Positions 1 through 6,250 of a stretch of 10,000 nucleotides of DNA are shown piece after piece. Position 1 is the stretch's first letter. Each line of letters opens with the position of its first letter. This DNA is from Myxococcota bacterium (GTDB lineage: Bacteria; Myxococcota; XYA12-FULL-58-9; JABJBS01). The stretch covers positions 1-10,000 of the forward strand of contig JAYYQC010000118.1 in assembly GCA_036128675.1 (NCBI GenBank), written 5' to 3'. The notes under the pieces are model-generated. The model made no database searches. It was not told the origin of the DNA and saw only the letters and a list, made by a program, of their open reading frames with translations. The position numbers and the translations under genes are program-made.

Positions 1-802
1 TCTACTGGGTGCGGCGATGCTTTGGTTCGGTTGGTTTGGCTTCAACGCCGGCTCTTCGCTTGCCGCAGATGGCATCGCGGTGAACGCGTTGATGACAACG
101 CATCTGGCGGCTGCGAGTGCGCTTTTGGTTTGGAGTCTCTGCGAGCTCGTCAGTGGAAGTCGCCCGAGCGCGACTGGTCTTGCTATAGGCGCAGTCGTGG
201 GCCTCGTTGGGGTCACACCTGCAGCAGGCTTTGTTGATTCGCTCGGAGCGATTGCGATTGGCGGTCTCTCCTCCGTTTCAGCATTTGTTGCGATGACTTA
301 TCTGAAGAGATTCGCGCTTGATGACGCGCTTGATGTCTTTGCTTGCCACGGTGTCGGAGGCATCGTCGGGTCGCTCTTGACCGGTGTTTTCGCGTCGACT
401 GCGGTAAACCCTGGTGGTGCAGATGGCTTGCTTGCCGGCAATCCCGCTCAGATGTGGCCACAGCTCACAAGTGTATTAGCGGCAGGTCTGCTGGCGGCAG
501 TCGGAACCTGGACGATCCTTAAGCTGCTCGAACTCACGATTGGGATTCGAGTCTCATCGAATGATGAGCTAAGCCTAGACCAAGCCCTTCATGAAGAGGC
601 TGCCTACGACCAATCTGGGGAGAAACTTTTTGGTGAACGGGTAGTCGACGCTGGCTACGCGACAGCTGCGCAAGTAACCGAAGCACTTCGCTACCAGGTA
701 GAACATGCTTCATCTACGCCGCTTGGTGAGCTTTTGTGTCAGCGAGGGTGTCTAAAGGCTGACCAGCTCTCGGAGCTTTTAGAGTATCGCTTTAGTCGCT
801 AA
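1..802 (+). CDS. amt: Ammonium transporter (Amt/MEP/Rh family), 5-prime truncated at window edge, about 265 C-terminal residues visible. About 63 extra residues follow the canonical Amt C-terminus.
   Basis: The frame is open from nt 2 (LLGAAMLWFGWFGFNAGS...). WFGWFGFNAGS is the Amt signature around the central TM helices. Successive hydrophobic helices follow (GLAIGAVVGLVGVTPAAGF, LGAIAIGGLSSVSAFVAM, HGVGGIVGSLLTGVFA, LTSVLAAGLLAAVGTWTI). The tail GIRVSSNDELSLDQALHEEAAY is co-linear with the E. coli AmtB C-terminus. The ORF then continues to 802. Confidence 0.9.
   Translation, partial: LLGAAMLWFGWFGFNAGSSLAADGIAVNALMTTHLAAASALLVWSLCELVSGSRPSATGLAIGAVVGLVGVTPAAGFVDSLGAIAIGGLSSVSAFVAMTYLKRFALDDALDVFACHGVGGIVGSLLTGVFASTAVNPGGADGLLAGNPAQMWPQLTSVLAAGLLAAVGTWTILKLLELTIGIRVSSNDELSLDQALHEEAAYDQSGEKLFGERVVDAGYATAAQVTEALRYQVEHASSTPLGELLCQRGCLKADQLSELLEYRFSR
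626..793 (+). other. Tandem MshEN-like motifs (GspE/T2SSE N-terminal type, candidate c-di-GMP-binding) in the cytoplasmic tail of the ammonium transporter
   Basis: Residues 204-227, LFGERVVDAGYATAAQVTEALRYQ, fit the published 24-residue MshEN motif RLGxxLLxxGLLxxxxLxxALxxQ at G3, V6V7, G10, V17, A20L21 and Q24. After a 7-8 residue spacer, PLGELLCQRGCLKADQLSELLEYR fits at L2G3, L5L6, G10, L12, L17, L20L21. Read by eye from the translation. No HMM was run. Confidence 0.5.
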
Positions 803-2602
803 CGCGCTTACCTTCTCCCGAACGGTTGGAAGGGTAAGGTTCACGGAGGTCCCTTCTCCGGGCTTGGTGACGATATCAATTGTGCCCCCAATGGCCCGTA
901 CCCTACTCGTGATATTACGAAGGCCAAAGTGACGATAATTTTCACTGCCGGTGAAGTACCCCCCAAGCTCGAACCCAATGCCCTTGTCTCGAACTGAGAT
1001 GAAGAGGTCGCCTGCAGCCATCTCATTAAGCTCTATTTCCACTTGCTTGGTCTCAGCGTGTTTAACCACGTTGAAGAGCAGCTCTCTTACGCACTGGAAA
1101 GCCAGAGCTTCGATTTCAGCGGACTCTAGGCGTTCGTAACTTAGGGTCGATTCAAGCTGAACAGTGAGCCCAAACCGCTCGGACATCGAGTCTCGGATCC
1201 ATTCAATCGCTGCAATGAACCCGGACTCTTTGAGAACCGCCGGGTTCAGGTCGATGCTCATGGTGCGTACCCGTTGAATGCAATCGTCGATAGAGTCCGA
1301 GAGCACCTTCATCTGGGGCTTGGCATTGGAGGGTAAATTGTTGTCGAGAGACGCTAATTGAAAACGAAGCCCTACGAGGTCTTGTTGAAGACTATCGTGG
1401 AGAACCATTGCGATACGTTGACGTTCGCGGTGCTCCACTTCGTTGACTTGAATTGCTAGCCCTTGCAGCTGGTGGGCTTGTTCCCGGACAGTCTTGAGGT
1501 GACTTGCAATGCCTTTTTCTAGCTGTGCTTTCTGCGATTTTAGCTGGCTAAACTTATGATGGCGTTGTGTGATATTACTCAGGGTCCCGGAGAGCGTTGA
1601 TGCTTGTGCTGAGACCTCCAAGACAACTTGAATCCACTGCTTTTGTGCGGACTCCTGACCGTGCATTGCGATCTCGACTTCTGCGGGGCCATCTTGGCGG
1701 GCTTGTCGGATTGCATCGTAGAGAAGGGGGCGGGAGTCTGGCTCAATGCGTCGAAGGATCTCTTTAAGGCCTAACTCGCTGTTGTCTGGAAGGGCGAGTG
1801 CTTTTGCCGCGATCGGTGAGAATTCCAATTCGTTGGTGTTGAGTGAATAACTCCAAGTACCCATACCAACCGAGTTGAGGCTCATCGCCATGAGATTGTA
1901 GGCGTCGGCTAGGAGGGTCTGGGTAGCCAGCAGAGCGTTGCGCCAGCGCATGAGGAGATTGAGTGTTCGATGCCACATGAGACCTAAGAGGATGAAAAAT
2001 CCTAAGGCACTGATGAGTCCAAGTGTCGCCCAAGACTGCTTTTGGCGAAGACTCTTGTCGAACCTTGCATCGATTTGTTCGAGGAAATTGATCATACCCT
2101 CAAGGTAGATCACCTTTTGCTCATCGTACGCACTCTGTCCGAGAACTGCCCGGGCTCTCTCGATGTCCCCGCTTTGAACCGCTTGCAGTGCTTGGCGCTC
2201 CATCTCCACCAGTCGACGGTTGGCTTCGTCTGTTTGGAGAGTGGCTTGGGTGGTCTGTACGTCGTCCTGAACCAGCGCCTCGGTTTCCTTAAGCAGCTTC
2301 TCAAGCAACGGCTCGTTATAGTTGTATCGCTCAATCCATTGTTCATCACCGGTTGCAACCGCCATCCGTGCTGACATTGTAAGTACTTCGTCGAGACGGA
2401 GAATTTCGCCTCTCAATAAAATGAGTTCTTGTTGCTTCTCTCGCAACTCATTCATCGACTTGGGGATATTGTAGACAAGCAGGGCCAGGTAGCAGACCGC
2501 AACGACGGTGAGAGTTGCGGCGAGGCTTAGAGCCGTTCCGGGATAGTCGACCTTGGTCGTCCCGCTTTTTTCAGCGGGGAACTCGGATAGCTTAGATTTC
2601 AT
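779..2602 (-). CDS. Sensor histidine kinase, HisKA_3 (NarX/LiaS/DegS-type) family: TM1, about 145-aa helical periplasmic domain, TM2, PAS-like domain, coiled coil, HisKA_3, HATPase_c
   Basis: H-box ERQRIAMVLHDSLQQDLVGLRFQL (phospho-His at nt 1397-1399). N-box ELLFNVVKHA. G-boxes DKGIGF and GLRNITSRVRAIGGTIDIVTKPGEGTSVNLTLP. Hydrophobic segments ALSLAATLTVVAVCYLALLVY (aa 24-45) and WATLGLISALGFFILLGLMW (aa 191-210) bracket a helical, heptad-rich extracytoplasmic region. Its start overlaps the upstream response-regulator gene by 11 nt. Its last 24 nt overlap the convergent amt gene. Confidence 0.9.
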   Translation of the reverse strand: MKSKLSEFPAEKSGTTKVDYPGTALSLAATLTVVAVCYLALLVYNIPKSMNELREKQQELILLRGEILRLDEVLTMSARMAVATGDEQWIERYNYNEPLLEKLLKETEALVQDDVQTTQATLQTDEANRRLVEMERQALQAVQSGDIERARAVLGQSAYDEQKVIYLEGMINFLEQIDARFDKSLRQKQSWATLGLISALGFFILLGLMWHRTLNLLMRWRNALLATQTLLADAYNLMAMSLNSVGMGTWSYSLNTNELEFSPIAAKALALPDNSELGLKEILRRIEPDSRPLLYDAIRQARQDGPAEVEIAMHGQESAQKQWIQVVLEVSAQASTLSGTLSNITQRHHKFSQLKSQKAQLEKGIASHLKTVREQAHQLQGLAIQVNEVEHRERQRIAMVLHDSLQQDLVGLRFQLASLDNNLPSNAKPQMKVLSDSIDDCIQRVRTMSIDLNPAVLKESGFIAAIEWIRDSMSERFGLTVQLESTLSYERLESAEIEALAFQCVRELLFNVVKHAETKQVEIELNEMAAGDLFISVRDKGIGFELGGYFTGSENYRHFGLRNITSRVRAIGGTIDIVTKPGEGTSVNLTLPTVREKVSALATKAIL

Positions 2603-3278
2603 TGAGCCAATTGAATGCTAGGCGCAGGAGTTGGGGCTGGGTTTGAACTCCAAGCTTTCGCTTAATATGCGCGTAGTGGGCTTCGACGGTTTTGACACTG
2701 ATGAAGAGCTTTTCGGCGATCAAACGCGTCGCGGTCCCTTGTCCGAGGAGTTCAAATATTTCGAGTTCACGGTTGCTCAAAACGCTATAAGGCGAGAGGT
2801 CGTCTGAAGGGCCACCTTGGACAACGCGTCGTAGAAGTCGGTCTTGTTGATCTCGACTGAGTGCAACTTCGTTGCGTACCACTTGCCGAATGCCATTGAG
2901 AAGTTCCGCAGGAGGAGCGGTTTTCATGAAGTAGCCTCGCGCTCCTGCCTTGAGTGCGCGCTCCGCATAGAGTTCTTCTTCATGCATCGAGACGATCAAA
3001 ATTGGGGTTTCAATATCGGAATTACGAACCCGCCGGATCATCTCAATCCCGTTGATATCACCCAGGCTTAGGTCAGCAACGATAACGTCGCATGAGATAT
3101 GTTTGAGGAGTTCGAGGGCAGACCCGCCGGACTCAGCTTCGCCCACGACGGCCATATCTTCTTGGTTGTCGATAAGTGCTTTCAACCCACAACGTACGAC
3201 TGGGTGGTCCTCAACTAATACAGCTCGAATTGGCCCTTGGTTATCGGTTGCATCAGAAACTAGTTTAGCCGTAGTCAT
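2592..3278 (-). CDS. Response regulator, NarL/FixJ family (REC plus LuxR-type HTH)
   Basis: Receiver motifs AVLVEDHPVVRCGLKALI and CDVIVADLSLGDINGIEMI (acceptor Asp in VADLS), with PILIVSMHEEELYAERALKAGARGYF (K-box). The C-terminal LuxR HTH is LSNRELEIFELLGQGTATRLIAEKLFISVKTVEAHYAHIKRKLGV. A strong SD (AGGAGG) lies 8 nt before the ATG at 3278 on the - strand. The 11-nt overlap with the kinase gene suggests translational coupling. Confidence 0.92.
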   Translation of the reverse strand: MTTAKLVSDATDNQGPIRAVLVEDHPVVRCGLKALIDNQEDMAVVGEAESGGSALELLKHISCDVIVADLSLGDINGIEMIRRVRNSDIETPILIVSMHEEELYAERALKAGARGYFMKTAPPAELLNGIRQVVRNEVALSRDQQDRLLRRVVQGGPSDDLSPYSVLSNRELEIFELLGQGTATRLIAEKLFISVKTVEAHYAHIKRKLGVQTQPQLLRLAFNWLNEI

Positions 3279-3347
3279 GTGATCTACCTCCTGGACCCTC
3301 TTTCTGCAAAAACGTTTCGCTTGTCAACCGCAAGTAAGGGGATGAGG

Positions 3348-3364
3348 GTAGGAAATTCCCCTAC
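3348..3364. promoter_or_regulatory. Inverted repeat GTAGG-N7-CCTAC in the divergent response-regulator/glnII intergenic region (alternative pairing GGGGA...TCCCC)
   Basis: gtaggaaattcccctac was read directly. It lies about 150 bp upstream of the glnII start and about 70 bp upstream of the response-regulator start on the other strand. Confidence 0.25.
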
Positions 3365-3468
3365 GCTCAATGGGCTATCCACCTGAACCAAGAATCAGAT
3401 CCTCCCCCAGTGTTTTAACGCCTCGAACTCCGTTATCCGGAGCGCTGAAATTAGGTGTTGTCGCAAAA

Positions 3469-3481
3469 TAAAATTGCGCAA
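3469..3481 (+). promoter_or_regulatory. Candidate -10 (TAAAAT, 3469-3474) abutting the 8-bp palindrome TTGCGCAA (3474-3481), 26 nt upstream of the glnII start. No good -35.
   Basis: Read from the sequence. The upstream hexamer at the proper spacing (tgaaat) is a poor -35 match, which would suit an activator-dependent promoter. Confidence 0.25.
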
Positions 3482-3506
3482 TGCGTTAAACCCAGGGAGA
3501 AGCGTT

Positions 3507-4562
3507 ATGAAAGCAAATATCCAAGCCGAATATCTATGGCTTGACGGCGCAGAGCCAACTCAGGCCTTACGTTCAAAAACCAGAATTATCCGTCGGGATG
3601 TTGATACTTTACCGTCTCATGATGAGCTACCCACTTGGGGCTTTGATGGTTCATCGACCAACCAGGCGTCCGGCGGCGATTCCGACCTGATGTTGCAGCC
3701 CGTTCGCGTTGTCCGCGACCCGATCCGCGGTGGCTCAAATATCTTGGTCCTCTGCGAGGTCATGCATGCGAACGGCAAGCCTCACGAAACCAACCACCGT
3801 GCTGCTCTTCGTGATGTACTGGACCGAGGCGCCGATCGAGAAAATGCCTGGTTCGGCTTTGAGCAAGAATACACACTCTTCAGTGACCAAACACCTCTCG
3901 GCTGGCCGAGCCATGGATACCCTGCGCCTCAGGGACCTTTCTATTGTTCAGTTGGCGCATCGGTTGCATTCGGCCGAACGGTTTGTCAGCGCCATACAGA
4001 TGCCTGTTTGGATGCAGGACTCTTATTCTTTGGTACGAACGCGGAAGTTATGCCAGGGCAGTGGGAGTTCCAAATTGGTTACCGTGGCGACAAAGACGAG
4101 GTCATTGACCCATTGGTATGTACCGACCACCTCTGGATCGCACGTTGGCTTCTTCACCGTATCGCTGAAGAAGAAAACATCACCGTCTCGTTTGAAAACA
4201 AGCCGGTTAAAGGTGATTGGAACGGTGCAGGAATGCACACGAACTTCTCGACTGATTCAATGCGTAGCCGCGAGCGTGGACGCGGTGTCATCGAAGACGC
4301 CGTGGTTGCTTTAGGTAAGCGTCATGCGGAGCACATTGCAATTTATGGCGCGGGTCTGGATGAGAGGCTTACTGGGCTTCATGAGACCTGTAGCATCAAA
4401 GAATTCAAGCATGGGGTTGCTGACCGTGGTGCTTCAATTCGTATCCCCCGTCATGTTGCTGAAGAGGGCTATGGTTACCTCGAAGATCGACGGCCGGGTG
4501 CGAACGCGAACCCATACCAAGTAAGCGCCGAGATTCTGAAGACTGTCTGTAATTTAGACTAA
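3507..4562 (+). CDS. glnII: Glutamine synthetase type II (GSII, eukaryote-like, about 351 aa)
   Basis: MKANIQAEYLWLDG...LRSKTR, FDGSSTNQASGGDSD, WFGFEQEYTLF, PQGPFYCSVGA, NAEVMPGQWEFQIGY, KPVKGDWNGAGMHTNFST, HIAIYGAGLDERLTGLHETCSIKEFKHGVADRGASIRIPR and YLEDRRPGANANPYQV are co-linear with the GSII motifs of Rhizobium, Streptomyces and plants. Start chosen at ATG 3507 (SD GGGAGAAG 5-12 nt upstream) rather than the TTG at 3474 used by the ORF track. Confidence 0.9.
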   Translation: MKANIQAEYLWLDGAEPTQALRSKTRIIRRDVDTLPSHDELPTWGFDGSSTNQASGGDSDLMLQPVRVVRDPIRGGSNILVLCEVMHANGKPHETNHRAALRDVLDRGADRENAWFGFEQEYTLFSDQTPLGWPSHGYPAPQGPFYCSVGASVAFGRTVCQRHTDACLDAGLLFFGTNAEVMPGQWEFQIGYRGDKDEVIDPLVCTDHLWIARWLLHRIAEEENITVSFENKPVKGDWNGAGMHTNFSTDSMRSRERGRGVIEDAVVALGKRHAEHIAIYGAGLDERLTGLHETCSIKEFKHGVADRGASIRIPRHVAEEGYGYLEDRRPGANANPYQVSAEILKTVCNLD

Positions 4563-4576
4563 GTTAGTGAAGCTTC

Positions 4577-4608
4577 GAGGGGCGTCGACCTATCGGGTGG
4601 CGCCCCTC
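4577..4608 (+). other. GC-rich hairpin between glnII and the glutaminase gene (stem GAGGGGCG / CGCCCCTC, about 16-nt loop). Not followed by a U-tract. Candidate partial terminator or RNA-processing/attenuation element.
   Basis: gaggggcgtcgacctatcgggtggcgcccctc read directly. It starts 15 nt after the glnII stop and ends 28 nt before the glutaminase ATG. Confidence 0.3.
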
Positions 4609-4635
4609 TCATTACCGAACGACTAGGGGAAAGCT

Positions 4636-6243
4636 ATGGAAATTGTATCAGCCGAAGAGGCAGGTCGAGCTAAAAAACGAACGAAGAAAAAATCAACATC
4701 GAAGCTCAACGTTGATCGAGCTGGAATCGAACGCGAAGAAGCGCTTTTTCGGGCTCTTGATACAGCGCGTGAAGGTTTTGTTCGCCGCGAGGTAATCATC
4801 GATGCCCTAAAGCTCAGCGGTTTACGACTCGATGACCCGAGGTTGGACGAAACGCTTAAGCGTCTCGATGACCTCGACCCGCCGAATGAGATCGGCTTAG
4901 AGGCCTTCGCTTCAGCGATTGCACCATCGGTGTCTCTGATTGAACGCGCCTTGAAGGGACGTTTGGTCATTCCTGACTTTAAGCAGTTCGAGGGAGAGAT
5001 CCGGGAGATCTTTGAAGAGACTCGAGGTTTTGAGGGCGGCAAGGTTGCTGACTATATCCCCCAACTCGGTCGCGTATCACCGGAACGTTATGGTGTGGCA
5101 CTGTGTACGATCGATGGACAAAGATTGGCCCTCGGTGATGCCGACGAACGTTTCTGCGTTCAGTCGACCTGTAAGCCAATTAACTATTGCCTCGCGTTAG
5201 ATGAACAAGCACCGGAAAAGGTCCATTCTCATGTTGGCCGCGAGCCGAGCGGTCGTGGCTTTAACGAGCTTGCTCTAAATCACGATGGTCGGCCGCACAA
5301 CCCGATGATCAACGCTGGCGCCATCATGACATGTTCTCTCATCAAGCCTGAGCTTGATGTTGCCGATCGGTTTGATCATGTGATGCAGCGCTGGTCGGAT
5401 CTTTGTGGTGGTGCAAAGCCTTCGTTTAGTAACTCCATTTACCTCTCTGAGCGCCAAACTGCTGACCGAAATTTCGCGTTGGGTTATTTCATGCGTGAGC
5501 ACGAGGCATTCCCAGATGGAACGGAGCTTGTTGATATCCTTGAGTTCTATTTCCAGTGCTGTTCCATCGAAGTGACAGCCGAGATGATGTCGATGGTCGC
5601 TGCGACTCTCGCCAACGGTGGGATTTGTCCGACTACGGGCCTTCGTGTCTTTGGTCCCGAGACGGTGCGAAACTGCCTGTCCTTGATGTACTCGTGCGGC
5701 ATGTATGACTTTTCGGGCGAGTTTGCCTTTACAATCGGTCTACCTGCGAAGAGCGGCGTTTCCGGGGCTATGATGATCGTCATCCCGAACGTGATGGGCG
5801 TGTGTACTTGGTCACCTCGCTTAGACCGTCTCGGCAACAGTGTTCGCGGCATCGAGTTCTGTAAGTCGCTTGTGGAGCGGTACAATTTTCATAACTACGA
5901 CAATTTGACTGGCATCTCCGATAAACGAGATCCTCGTCATGATGCCTCTGCCGATGAAGGGGAGCATATTGCTCTTATGATTTGGGCGGCAAGCCGCGGC
6001 GACCTTGGGGCAATTCAACGCCTTATCGCCCGTGGTGCCTCGATTGATGCGCCTGATTATGACGGACGTACCCCGCTGCATTTAGCGGCGGCTGAAGGCC
6101 AAAGACATGTCGTTGAGTTCTTTTTGAAAGCGGGTGCAAAGCTGTCGCCAGCGGATCGTTGGGGCAACACACCTCTCGATGACGCTAAGAAAGCGAAGCA
6201 CAACGAAATTACGGAAATGCTTGAGCGCTCTGGGCTCAATTAA
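4636..6243 (+). CDS. Kidney-type (GLS-like) glutaminase, full-length eukaryote-like architecture: N-terminal helical (EF-hand-like) domain, serine-dependent beta-lactamase-fold catalytic domain, C-terminal ankyrin repeats
   Basis: GGKVADYIPQL, FCVQSTCKP (catalytic Ser177-x-x-Lys180, nt 5164-5175), HVGREPSG, HNPMINAGAI, SERQTADRNFALGYF, FYFQCCSIEVT, ATLANGG, LSLMYSCGMYDFSGEFAF, GLPAKSGVSGAMMIVIPNVMG and GNSVRGIEFC are co-linear with human GLS/KGA as I recall it. I estimate more than half of catalytic-domain positions identical. The C-terminus holds three ankyrin repeats (DYDGRTPLHLAAAEGQRHVVEFFLKAGAKLSPADRWGNTPLDDA). The N-terminal ALKLSGLRLDDPRLDETLKRL parallels GLS ALKSTGLRTSDPRLKECMDMLRL. 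SD GGGGAA precedes the ATG. Confidence 0.92.
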   Translation: MEIVSAEEAGRAKKRTKKKSTSKLNVDRAGIEREEALFRALDTAREGFVRREVIIDALKLSGLRLDDPRLDETLKRLDDLDPPNEIGLEAFASAIAPSVSLIERALKGRLVIPDFKQFEGEIREIFEETRGFEGGKVADYIPQLGRVSPERYGVALCTIDGQRLALGDADERFCVQSTCKPINYCLALDEQAPEKVHSHVGREPSGRGFNELALNHDGRPHNPMINAGAIMTCSLIKPELDVADRFDHVMQRWSDLCGGAKPSFSNSIYLSERQTADRNFALGYFMREHEAFPDGTELVDILEFYFQCCSIEVTAEMMSMVAATLANGGICPTTGLRVFGPETVRNCLSLMYSCGMYDFSGEFAFTIGLPAKSGVSGAMMIVIPNVMGVCTWSPRLDRLGNSVRGIEFCKSLVERYNFHNYDNLTGISDKRDPRHDASADEGEHIALMIWAASRGDLGAIQRLIARGASIDAPDYDGRTPLHLAAAEGQRHVVEFFLKAGAKLSPADRWGNTPLDDAKKAKHNEITEMLERSGLN

Positions 6244-6250
6244 GGAGACA

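Noticed and set aside
3474-3506. N-terminal extension of the glnII ORF starting at TTG 3474 (MRNALNPGRSV...)
   Set aside because: The extension is not part of GSII proteins. The ATG at 3507 has a good SD (GGGAGAAG) and yields the canonical MKANIQAEYLWLDG N-terminus.
3400-3506. Possible sigma54 (-24 GG / -12 GC) promoter or NtcA box (GTA-N8-TAC) or glutamine riboswitch upstream of glnII
   Set aside because: Spacing does not fit: GG-N10-GC is not found, and GTAGG...CCTAC has an 11-nt gap between GTA and TAC rather than 8. I cannot reconstruct the glutamine-riboswitch consensus reliably enough from memory to call it. It needs a covariance-model scan.
6134-6250. Upstream extension of the small ORF (MQSCRQRIVG...) overlapping the glutaminase C-terminus
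   Set aside because: It overlaps the ankyrin-coding region in another frame. The ATGATG at 6251, directly after AAGGAG and the glutaminase stop, is the convincing start.
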